Position numbers and translations under genes: made by a program. DNA of 64,000 nucleotides from Phoronis australis. Lineage: Eukaryota; Animalia; Phoronida. Below the pieces are notes generated by a model that saw only the letters and a program-made list of their open reading frames with translations, had not been told where the DNA came from and did not search any database. Below, piece by piece: positions 1 through 13,000 of this stretch (the stretch's first letter is position 1; the number at the start of each line of letters is the position of its first letter). The stretch spans positions 80,857 through 144,856 of the forward strand of contig NMRA01000525.1 in the NCBI GenBank assembly GCA_002633005.1. The letters are read 5' to 3'.

Positions 1-248
1 CAAATGCTTGCAGACAAAATGTTGCCCCCCCCCCCCTTGTCGTGTCATATTAATGGCAGATACGCAATTACTGAAAATCCGAATAATAACCCGTATTCAT
101 TTGATCGCAACTCTTGGTGTGCGAATCGTGAAGCCGGGCAAAAGACCGCGGGACCGCTTACAAAAGGCAATGTAATCTGCACTGAGGTTCAGCCTCGATC
201 ACTGCAATCACGTGGCGACCAGCGCTATCTAACGGTGTAAAGAAAAAC

Positions 249-392
249 ATGGCTGCAGCTGGTGGATTCAATACGACTGCTCCGCGCTCGCTTACACCAA
301 CGTGGCTTGGCCTTCGGGCTATGTTTTACTTAGTTGGACCGCAAGAATCCACATTTGAGCATGCTAGAGACGTTCCTGACTACGTCACTCAA
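249..392 (+). CDS. AGMO: AGMO exon 1
   Basis: [10 protein letters not shown]...[27 protein letters not shown], donor GTACGT. Confidence 0.88.
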
Positions 393-1031
393 GTACGTAC
401 AACGTAGCGCGGAAAACTTGACTGACTTAACCTTTGCACTCTTGTCCCTTGCTTGGCCTTGTGCTTGGCTATCCCGGCACATTACATGGCACATAGACAT
501 AGTGACAGGCGATGTAGGCAATTACATCGCCCTGTAATGCTGCATTCAGCCAGCCGAGGAGCTACGTGTTGCCTACACAGGCGATGTAATTGTCTTATAA
601 GTCTCACTGTACCACCAACATCAAGCACTCGTCACCGTCTTCACGTCATGGTGACATAGTAGGAAAGTGAATGTCAGTTATCCTGTAATGTTCTGATATA
701 ACGTACCCGAATTTTGAGAACCAGTATCTCCACTGAATAACGGGCATCAAACTGGTTCTCAAAATACGGTTACATTACGTTAGACTATTCATCACTTAAT
801 CCACCCCCACCTTTTGTTTTTAGTCTGCTTTCTGATCTGCTTATTTATTTATCTTTAATTCAATTTGTTTATCCAGTTTGTAAATACTATTTTGTTTAAT
901 GTATCTTATTGTATCTTAATTTAATCTGTTTATCTAACTTAATTTAATTAATTTAATTTCTTGCTGCAGAGGACCATGCTAGATATTAGCATGTTTTACA
1001 TTTATTGTATTTCTATCCTCTTTAAATAAAG

Positions 1032-1070
<39 letters not shown>

Positions 1071-4000
1071 GATGTTGTTGGCATCTGTTCTACCAAGTGC
1101 CTCGTCATTTTCATTCATTCAACCTTCCCAACCCATTTGTGTTGAAAAGAGGTGGGTTTGTGAACTGCTGTGCGTGTGCCAAAGGCAGAAATGGGTCAGG
1201 GGGCATGCCTCCGGAGAATTTTGGAGAAAATGAAGCAATGGTGCCATCTACTTACATTCAACACCACAATTCATCAAAAAATAACACATTTTGGACAGGA
1301 AAAATATAACTAAACGGAGAGGGAACAAGTAACAAATGTTTATTTTTTATAAATAGGTAAATAAAACAACACTATATGACAATTGACATTTAAGATGTGT
1401 TTGATTTTACTTTATTTCTGTTTCTGTTGACAAAGGACGTTATTATATCCGAAAATTTCAGTTTTTAGTGATCCATTCTTGTTGTTTTATTTACCTATTT
1501 ATACTCTACATTTCGTGAAACAATAGTATCCTTGGGAGGATCTGGATCGCCTTATTTAGTTTCAGATTTATTTTCTACATTATTTATTTTTTAATCATTT
1601 TACAGTAACAATTTGCTGTTAAATGCATTATGTTGTCGATTTTGCTTTCTTTAAAAATTCCTCACTGTGCTTCCACTACATGAAAGGGTCATCCTACTTG
1701 AATATGTTGACCTTCATAGCTTGCAAATTACTTGTACATGTAAAGTACTCCTAACACCACGGAAACTTCTATAGTTCACTGTACTGAAGAAACAGAAAAG
1801 ACAAAGGGAAGAATCTTCTACTGAAGTTTTCATTCATGGTTTCTGGCATTTTTTCGATTTGACAATATTGTAACAGATCCTTCCTAAAAATTCAGTTGAA
1901 GGAATATCTGGAGAAAGTATCTCATTGACCGCCAAAGGCTCAGAAATTCCTTGAAACTGCATTGTCCTGTGACGTCTCATGTCTCCATAGAAAGTTCTTC
2001 TTTTAATCATATAAGCAAAAGAATTAGTTATCCCAAAAATCAATCTGGGCTCTGTTTGATCATGGACTGCCAACTCCGTATACATGTACATGACCTTTCA
2101 ATGGACAAAATCTGTGCTCTTACGCACAACATTACATCGTTATTCACTAGCGGCACCTGGCCAAATTATCGAGTATTATTTCCGGCAAGTACGTTATCTG
2201 CTAATCATGATCGGCAGTTGTGTGCTCAGGTGGTAGTAGCATTACTAAAAGTACTTACGATACCAGCAGTTCTACTATTGAACAACATTTCAATGCCGAA
2301 ATTTTTTATTGTTGTACTGGATTGTAAAATAAATGTGAGAATATCCCCTCACAATAAACTAACTGGAAACTGAAACAGATAGTTTAGGAGAGTGACGCCA
2401 CCTCTTGGATAGTACGGAAGAAAATATCAGCCGAGGGTTGAAAAGTGACTTAGAGATTTAGCAGGTCATAAATTTTAAAAATAGTCAAGTCTCACTGAAG
2501 CAAAAATGCAGAATCTCTGAGAATATAAACGTAAAGTTCTGCTAGTTCCTGAGATAATTTCTATTGATGTATCTCTAAACTGAAACACTCTCTTGTACTT
2601 GGCTAAATCTCAGAAAATTCAAAGTGGAAGCGTAAGACCAAATTTTTGTCTCAAGTCTTAAAACACTCGAAGAATCAATCTGGTGCCTGTGTCTTGAAAA
2701 GTGACTTACAAGACACAGACCGTTGGCATAGAACAGTTTTCATTGGTTGATTGCAATCATTTGTTATCACAGGCCATTCCCTTTTTCCAAGCAATGGTAG
2801 TGTTGGAGATTGTAATCCTGTGGTTAAAAGGGCAGAAAGTTACGCGGATCAACGACGGTATTTCCTCAGTTTCAGCTGGAGTTATTTCACAACTGACTCA
2901 GTGAGTATCCATGAAATGATACTAACCTTGTGCTATCACCGAGTTAAAGATACTTTTTCTTAACGCTCACCGATTTAGAACACAGTATAAGTTTCATCAG
3001 TCTAAAGATATCACTATAATATACAAACCTTCCGTAACTTTCAGCCCTTTTTATGTTTGCGTGATTTTACTAGTATTTTTTTATTTCATTTTAAAAAGTG
3101 ATTGGGGGTTTCCATAGAAACCTTACAGAAAGTGACAGTCCCCATATTGCACGAGTTAGCTGTCACTCACTACGACAACCATTTAAGATGATGTCACAAC
3201 AACCATTTAAGATGATGTCACAACAACCATTTAAGATGATGTCACAACAACCATTTAAGATGATGTCACAACACCAAAAATCAACATTAAACTAAAGAAT
3301 TCATAGTGAATTCAGAAGTTTGAAAGTATTTGGAATTGTGTAGAATCAGCATTGTTTGGGCATAAGTTTCGATGAAGTTTTTAACTAAAATGGAGCAGGA
3401 AGATTATCTCCATCATGTTTGTGTTTACTAAATAAATGCATTTCTACATTGGCTAATTTGTAACATTGAATCGTAATTGTTAAAGGTAATTTTGATTTCA
3501 TAAAAAGAATGAAATTAACAACTTTCTGACTGTCTGTAACTGTTACATAATTTCTAAGTTCTGAACTATGTTTGACTTTCAGCCTTTTCTTTCGAGGAAT
3601 CCACGCCGTTGCTTATATTGAGTGCTACAACAGATTCAATATATATACGCTGCCATGGAACTCTGTCTACACTTGGATCTTCATGTTTCTCGGTGTTGAT
3701 CTATGCTACTATTTCTTCCACAGATTAGGCCATGGTAAGATTTAAAGATCACAGTCGTGCCCATTTTTAGCTACTGTACAATTCAACAGCATTCAGACAA
3801 AATGACCTGGGCATGGATTCTAATCTTGGTTCTCGAAACGAACTCAAAATTATTTTTGGCAATTTCTCTAACTTTTGTGCAAACTCAAGATAAGTGGCTA
3901 TTGGACTGTGCTTGAATGCATTATAGTTTACACGTAGGAGTTTCTAGTCCAAGTTTGCACATGATGACCCTTGTATTCATGCTACAAACTCGAGCAAAAA

Positions 4001-7000
4001 CTTGAAATTTGGAGTTCAAACTCTAAATTTTAGCCTTAATGTTGGGTTTATCAGCTGCAAACTAGGACTAAAAAGCTATCCACGTACTAAGTCATTATGT
4101 ACTCGAGCATAGAATAATAGACACTTATCTTGAGTTGGCACTAAAGTAGAGTAGAAAATGCCAAACATAATTTTGAGTTCCATTTCGAGTATACTAAAAA
4201 GATAAGAACCCTGGCCCATATTCTTTCAATATGACAGAGAATGACGTGGATTGAATGGGAAAGTTAGTGAGGTGGCTAAGCTAGTCTACAATTACAATAT
4301 TGCCACGTAGTTATTACTTGTCACATTTCTGCTGTTCACAGAATTTGCCACCATGACGGGGAAATGGTATTTTGTCTGATTACCTTTGTCTTGTTCTGTA
4401 GTTGATTGCTTTTGTCTTGTTCTATACAGAACAAAGCTGTTACTGACTAACCTTGCTTAACCAGTTAGCACCATGGATCCCTATTCTTTGGTGTTACATT
4501 GCCATTCACTCACTGCACACAGGGACAGCGGTGTGCAGTTATTTCCCTGTACAACGATCTGCTTATAAGAAGCGTAAAACAGGAACCAATCCATTCATTG
4601 ATAGAGGCCTGGAAAACCAGGCTGAAATGCCTGACTCTACTCAACTATAACCAATCTCTCAGTAAATGATTCTCTATGCCCTTGTGAAATGAAAAGTTGA
4701 AATTGAATGCCATTTCTTTTTAGTATGCCCTTTGTATGTGGACCTTCGATGAAAATTTCGTATTCCAATTGCTGTTAAATTTACCGAGACTTTTTTTGGT
4801 CACTTGGTGTGTTCACAAAATATTAATGTCGTAACCAATGTAGCCCACTGCCCGTGTTGGTTTCTTTGTTTGTGTCATGTGTTTATTTTTTAAGAAGAGG
4901 CCGGTGACTAATTACACCATAGATTATAGACAACGGATTCGCAACTCCGACAATCTCTTGCGTAGTATCCTAGAAGAAGCGCAACTGTCAAATTACCAAT
5001 TTCAGTTTCTGGTGATGAACACCCTACCACACAACAGCCGACCCAGATTAGCAGATGATGTACTTGCCGGAAGTAATACTTGCTAATTTTGCCAGGTGTC
5101 GCTAGTGAATAATTATGTCAGGGTTTCTGCGTAAGATCGCAGATTTTGTCCATTGATTACAGAGTTGGCGGTCCATGTACGATTATATAGTCTATGATTA
5201 CAGTGAGTAAATCACTATCTACGTCTCTATGTACATTATCATTTCCATAAGCTTGAACTATAGACGTCAAAGCACAAAAAATTGCACAACCCGTGAATCC
5301 AATATGAATGTGGTGTAGAACATTTCAAACCTGTTCAAAGTTCACTGCCCATAAGGTCAGCTTCGAGTTTGATTTAATAATGAAATTAACATGTTTTTTT
5401 CTAGAAATTAATTTCATGTGGGCAGCTCATCAGACACATCACAGTTCGGAAGAGTATAACCTGACTACAGCGTTACGCCAGTCTATCTTTCAACCATTCA
5501 GCTCATTTGTGAGTAAAATACATAATAAACATATTACTTCAAGAATAGCTGCTGCATTATGGCATTCAACAGTTTCCAACCTGTCAATCTCGCCATTGTC
5601 TTGGGGGTGTCCATGATTGTTTCAGGACAAAGTAAAAAATTTATTCTGAATGCTTCTAAATTCTTCACAATCCAATTGTAGAGCAATTCTCGTCTTCCGC
5701 AATGATCGCTCTCCCGTGCTGTGAGGTACAAAAATAGTGGCACACCTTCAGATATGGCAGGCTTTTGCTCCTACGGAGATTCACATGTTACCATCTGTCA
5801 TCTGAATACTTTATATTTTATAGCTTGTTTTAGTCAGGCCGGCAAAGTATTACTGCTGTGCTGTGGGCTGCATTCAAGTAATTGGGATATTCTGGATAAA
5901 TATCCACGGATGTAGGTTGTCACATTTCACCCCTTCCCAACGTTTCTGAAGGACAAGAGAAGGCAAAGCCCATCATTCGCACAGCACCGCCATTATACAA
6001 TCAATATCATCTTACCTCACAGCCAACAAGAGCGTCGGCGTAAAATACGAGAATTAACACAACTTTTTCTTGTTTAATGATCAGCTGACAAGTAAAAGTT
6101 AGTTTCAGTCTTTTTTGAGCAGTAGGTACTACGTCTCATTTGACAAGCAGCAAGTGCCAATGCTTGGTACCTATTGGTTAACAATGGTCACAACACCTGG
6201 ATGTTGATCACAGGGGATCAGGTAACGGGATAGTTGTCAGGGATAGTTGTCAACGATAATTGCTGTCTTTTCGTAGCATTTTTTTAACATTTTTTACACC
6301 ATTACAAGTGCTGATATTCCCAACATATATTGTGTTACCATGGCAACATAATGGGACAACTTGACTAATGTGCGTACACAACCACACAATATAAGCGCTT
6401 ATAATATCTTACTGATATTAATACACAAAGAATGCAACGATAGTTGAATGGGGGTCTGTCATGAGCAGCCTGTGTATTGGCTTGTGTTATTTCACCCCTG
6501 CCAGTCAACCCAGTCTCTAAAGGCCCTTTCGTACTAACATCGACGCATTGTTTTGGGCAGTTGAAGTCAGTATGAACAGCTAGCTTGGGTCCTGGATCGA
6601 AGTTAACTGCGCCAGTTAACTTCACAGTAAACAGGTGGATTTAACAGCAGAGTGTTGATGCTGCAGTGCATTATGAACACTCAACTTCAGTCCCATCGAT
6701 GTTATCGCCAGGGGCCACTGTTATATTTTGCTCGAATATTCACCAATCTAATTAAAAATAAGTTTTATGTCAGTTAGCACAATCATGTAAATGTTCCAAT
6801 TGTCACATTAAGAAAATGTTAGCATGCATGCTACCTTGCAATAACTACGATGACAACAGCATCACCTACATTTTACTTCGATGGCTGTTACATGTAACTA
6901 CTGAAGCCAGTACGAATGGTTCAGTTAACTTCACAGTTTACGTCGACGCTCTTCTCAGTCGGTGTGAAAGGGCCTTAAAAGGGCTGACATTGAATCCAGT

Positions 7001-10000
7001 GGTTCCAGTTATTAAATCTTATTGAATCTAAGACAGCCAGGATTTGACATGGAATTATAATTTGTCTGATTTGTGACAATTATCAAAAAGGTGAGTTTTA
7101 TGTTGGTCAACAATCCTGTGTAGTAAAGGTTATGTTAAATCCTGGCTTTGTTGGTTGAAAAATGGCTGATTTAAAGTAAGAAAAATTAGAGTGAAGCGCT
7201 TTATTGAGGCAATCTCCTATGACCTATATTCTGAACTTGGTATAATCGTTGAAAACGAGAAGTGTTAACTTACCTTATAAAATAATCATTTAACACCACT
7301 GTGTGAAACAGGCTGTCCCAAGATAATACTCATATTTACAAAAATAGCATTCGATATAGCTTTAATCAGTCACACACTGCTTTAGCAGAGGTATACACTG
7401 TTGCAGCGAGGAATAATCGATGAATCAAATCCATAACTGACCAATCAATGAATTTGTGTAAGGAAAACCAGAGCATTTTCTGCGTTATTTTTAGTTTGCA
7501 AATGGTCAGTCAGTTTAACTGTCTCAATTTATTCATTTCCATCAAGTCAATGTTCAAAACAACACCGGTAGTTCTATAGTCACAATGATGTACATTGTCT
7601 ATTTGGCAATACGTAATTATAAGAACACGAAGTCTTGAATTATGTGTAAACAAGTAGTACCATATTCCTCCAGCCAGACGTAAATGACCCATTTTGAATA
7701 ACTAAAAACAGGGTTGTTACTTCAAGCATGGGCGTCTAAAAGCAAGATTTTTCATAGAGTGCCAGGCATTGATCGGTGCTGTTCATACTTTGCTGCAGTA
7801 AAGAGTTGAAGGAAGCTTGTTGTGATTTTCTTACTAGGTGTTCTACTTACCTCTGTCACTGTTGGTGTCTCCACCCATGTTCTTGGTCCACTCCCAATTC
7901 AACCTTCTTTACCAGTTCTGGATTCATACGCAGGTGAGTTCATTTTGACAAAGGTTGAAACTCAAAATTGCGACCAGAAACAAGTTACATGACTTGTTTA
8001 TTTATAAGCTTTCTGTGTGATGACTTGGCTCTGGCCATGTATGTTACGCTCACATGAAAGCAGATTTGTGTTACTGTTTGCTGGCGGTGGGATTTGGGAC
8101 GGTGTGACTGAGGACTAATTCACTGTAAGCACAATTTGTTGCTGAATAAAGCCAATTTAGATTCTTTTTTAACAAATTCAGCTGATGTGTACGTCTACCT
8201 AAATTCAGATACCCCGAAAAGCAAACGTAATGCATCGATGGAGTCAGACAAGGTTGTTCTGTGTCACGAGTCAACGGAGCTCGGACCCACGCATGGGAGT
8301 ATTTCATTATAGTCCTAGCCCACGCTTAGTATGACACTGAATGTACTGAATTTGGATAAAGTTAAGAGACAGCTGCGAAAATGATAAAATATCCTGGGTT
8401 CGTACATCGTGGTTTTTGACTTCATTATACTCATCTAATGGAATAACCTCTCTTTGAAAATCAACTCCTCATAATTAGAGATTAGTATCAATACAATTTT
8501 TACGTGCCCACATATTTATATGTGGACGCATTATGCCGTCCGGGCGGCGTCCGTCCGGCGTCCGTCCGGCGTCCGCTGCTCTATCTCCAAAACCGATTGA
8601 TGTAATGCTCATGAAATTTTGCATGTGTATTCCTTTCATGAATGGGACGACATGAGCGAACTTTCGGATGGATCCGACTACCGGTGTGCCCCCTAATTTA
8701 CGTTTACCTCTGTATCTTCAAAGGTCCTCAAGCTATTTTCATGAAATTTGGCATATACGTGTCTATTAGTGAGATGACGACATGCTCCCATTCTCAGATG
8801 GATCCGACATAGTTTGCACCACCTAGTGGCCATTTTTGTTGTTTTTGAGTCTGCTTTTTGACGTCCACCCCTTATCAACCAAACTGCTTTAAGCATTATT
8901 GTGAAAATTGGCATGTTTGTTCTTACTATGAAGAGGACAGTAGACCATGATTTTGCGATGACTTCGAATACTGTGGCGCCTCCTAGTGGCAGTTTTGTTT
9001 TTGGCGCCTATGGCTTTATCTCCTAAACGGTTATGCAGCATCTTTAATAAATTTAGTAAGTGCATTTATATGATGTTGACAATGGTTGACGACTACTTTC
9101 GGACAGATCTGGCCACTGGTGTGCCACCTTGTGGCAATTTTATTTTTTTACGTTTTCCTCTGTATCTTCAAAGGTCCTCAACGTATTTTCACAAAATTAG
9201 ATGTACAGGCTTCTGAACTATCTTTCCATTTTCAGATGGATTCGACCTAGTTTGCGCCACCTAGTGGCCATTTTTACTGTTTTCAAGTCTGTTTTTTGGC
9301 ATCCACCCCTTTATAAACCAAACCGCTTTCAGGATAATTGTGAAAATTGGCATGTATGTTTTTACTATGAAGTGGACGGCTGACGATGATTTTCCAATAA
9401 CTTTGACTAATGTGGCGCCTCCTAGTGGCCCTTTTTTTGCTCCCATAGTTGTATCTCCTAAACCGTTTGTAGGATCTTTACTAAATTTAAGAGGTGGGTT
9501 TATATGATGTTGACAACGAACAACGATAATTTTGGGATGGATCTGAGTACTGGTATGCACCATGGTGACAATTTAAGTTTTACGGTTACCTCTGTTTCTT
9601 CAAAGGTCCTCAACAGATTTTCATAAAATTTTGAATACGGGCATCTATTGTTGAGATGACGTTATCCTCCCGTTTTTGGATGGAATCAAGGTAATTTGTG
9701 CCACCTAGTGGCCATTTTTGCTGTTTTTGAGTCTTTTTTGGCGTCTACCTCTCTATCAACCAAATCATTCTAAGGATGGGTTTGAAAATTGGCATATATG
9801 TTCTCAGTGTGAAGAGGACGATTGATGATGATGACTTTGACTACACTGGCGCCTCATAGTGGTAGTTTTGTTTAAATTTGTTTTGCGCCCACAGCTGTAT
9901 CTCCTAAAACCACTGGAGGATCTTTATTGAATTTAATAAAAGTGTATTAATTAAATTTATTTAAGTGTATTAATATGAAGCGAACAACTGACAATGACGA

Positions 10001-13000
10001 CTTTCAGGCGGATCCAATGAACACTGTGCCCCCTAATGGCAATTTCATTTTATTCTGTTTTCCTTAATTTTTGTTTCTCTGAAGTTCCTTGGCAGATTTC
10101 TATGAAATTTGGTATAGCTTTCTATTAAAGAAGCAATGACATGTTCCCATTTTAGGACGGATTGTGTTTTTGTGCCATCTAGTAGTGCCCATTTTATGAC
10201 ACAAGTAAGCAAAACTAAAAGCACACCATTTGTGATGATTCGTGGACGCATTTCAACGCTCCGCGTTGCTCTTGTTATTCTAATGTGGAAATCATGATTG
10301 CAAGTCGTCCAGTTAAAGTCTCATTAACATTGAGGACGTGTTGTTATAATAATTATTATTATGAAACTGAAAACATGTTTTAACATGTTTGAAAAATCTT
10401 GCCAGTTTCGTTCAAAAAGAATATTAATTAGTTGCTAAAATTGTTTTTATGCGATTTTTCAAAGGCCGCTTATGTTGCTGTGAATGCTCACAATTTTTCA
10501 GAACATTGTCCAATGACAGCTGTGGTACAAAACATGAACTTGGGAAAACATTAATATGGTGCTTCATGTCTTTGGAGGGAAAAAATGAGATCATGATAGC
10601 ATCTCATTAAAGTCCAAATTGTTTCCTATATTGGTGAGATTTTATACGTAATTGCATTTTTTAGCTTGTTGGTAAATTGGGACCTCTCGAATACATCTTG
10701 AACACCCCAAGTCATCACAGAGTGCACCATGGTAGGAACAGATATTGTATCGACAAGAATTACGCTGGAACACTCATCATATGGGACAGGCTGTTTGGTG
10801 AGCAGACGTTATACGAGTATCAAGATATTTTCTACTAAGTGTGGTTCTGTGTGTAAACCGACAATGAAATGAATTCGAGAAGTCCCTTGATGACTTGTAA
10901 ATAAGAAAATCATTTACTAGGTTTTTTTGGAGGCTGACGTTTCGGCAACGCTTCAGTCATTGACGAAGGCCTGGCAGACCAGGCTGAAATGTCTGCCTCC
11001 AACAATACGTTAAATGGTATTGTAAGTAAGAAATGCATTTAATTTTAAAATAGCAGGGTTTGGAATTTTCCGCGGAAACGCGGATTTCTGCTTTTTTCAA
11101 ATGTGGGTTTCCGGTTTTTTTATAATATTTCCGCGTAAAAAAATCGGATTTGATATAAAATTTCCGCGGCAAATTCCTTTCTTACCGCGGCGTTGCAGAC
11201 GACGTTCACCTCGAAAAGCGGAAGTTGCTCTTTATGTTTCGGAGGAACGTAAATTGTCAACATTGCCGGGGCATCTGGGACAGCGTGGTGGGATTTTCAA
11301 TNCGGGGAAAGGTCACATTGACCATTTCAAGGCTGGTTATCGGGCATGATTTGGGCCGTAACAGTTTCAAAGTTTCCGCGTTTTTTGTCATTGGTCATTC
11401 CAAGCCCTGAAATAGAAAGTTGTACATATTGATCAATCGTGCCTAAACCATTTTTATTTTGATGGGCTTAAGTTGCCAACGGCAACCTGAGATCACATTT
11501 AGAGAGCTGTTGTTTACCAAATTGGATGCTGCGTGAAATCTTTGAGTTAAAAGTCAGTAAGCCCTGGTGACCATTTTGAAACTGACTGACAAATTTGGTT
11601 ACTTTTTTGATATTTACGAGTCAGATCTGTGCCTAAACTCGGAAGTGTCTGCTAATCGTGCAGTCGCTTTAGTCCACTGAACTGTAACTGCATCACCCAT
11701 TAATCACAGAATTAATCACTCATAGGAGGGCAAAAAAATATTAATCTGTTCTGTAGTGGCCATCAGGGGCGTCCATTTCACTAACTTATGGTTGATTAAA
11801 AGCTGTATGTTAAAAAGGGAGGTATGTTAGACCATAGTTTAAAGACAACAGACTCCGACATTTTCTTCTGTACTATCCAAGAGGCGGCGCCACTCTCCTC
11901 AATTATCTGGTTCATTTTCCGGTTGGTGTATTGTGACAGGAAATTCTCGCGTCTATTTTACTGTCCAGTACAACGAAAACAAAATAATAATTTCAGCATT
12001 GAAATGTTGTTCAAAATCTTAAAATAGTAGAACTGTTGATATGGTGAGTACTTTTAGCAATGTTACTTCCACCGGACCACACAACAGCCGACCTAGCTTA
12101 GCAGATGATGTACCCGCCGGAAATAATACCAGATGATTGGGCCAGGTGTCGCTAGTGAGTAATGACGTAACATTATGCGGAAGATCACAAATTTCGTCCA
12201 TTGAAAGTATACGGAGTTGGCAGTCCATGTATTATAGTTTATGGGTCCATGTACTATAGTATATGGGTCCATGTACTGTAGTCTATGGGTCCATGTACTA
12301 TAGTCTATGGGTCCATGTACTATAGTCTATGGGTCCATGTCCTATAGTCTATGGGTCAATGTACTATAGTCTATGGGTCCATGGACTATTGTCTATGGGT
12401 CCATGGACTATAGTCTATGGGTCCATGTACTATAGTCTTTGGGTCCATGGACTATAGTCTATGGGTCCATGGACTATAGTCTATGGGTCCATGGACTATA
12501 GTGTATGGGTCCGTGTACTATATTATGTTCATGACATTTACTCTTACGTTTATCCTTTTTAGGTACATTTGCAGAAGAGGATGACGAAGTGGTCTATGGC
12601 TTGGTTCATCCCCTTAACTCTTGGAACCCATTTTATGCACAGGTGAAGTAAAAGTTGGCCAATCAATGGGTGACTCAATTAACATTCACCAGGTGGCGCT
12701 AGTGAAGAAGGGATCTTTTTTGATATCTGAACTCATTGAAAACAGAAAAGTATTTACCAGCATCGGTGTAGTGATGGAATTTTTGTTTCAGGATCACAGC
12801 TTAGTGACATGCAAGATTAAGTCTCATTGCGTGAGACCACTATATCTAGGGGCAAGACAACTAGGCTGTGTGTTTTGCCTGACATGAGAGGGCTGGCAGT
12901 GATAATCAGAGTTGGTCAGTCTCTATGTAACACTGTTGGCACTTGATGGCGCTTTCTACTTTATGCAGAGACTGTGGAAAGTCTGGCAGGACTGCTGTTT

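Noticed and set aside
505-780. Short hairpins in AGMO intron 1 as miRNA precursors
   Set aside because: They look like tiny TIR elements (acaggcgatgta and attttgagaaccagt inverted pairs) and match no miRNA I recognise.
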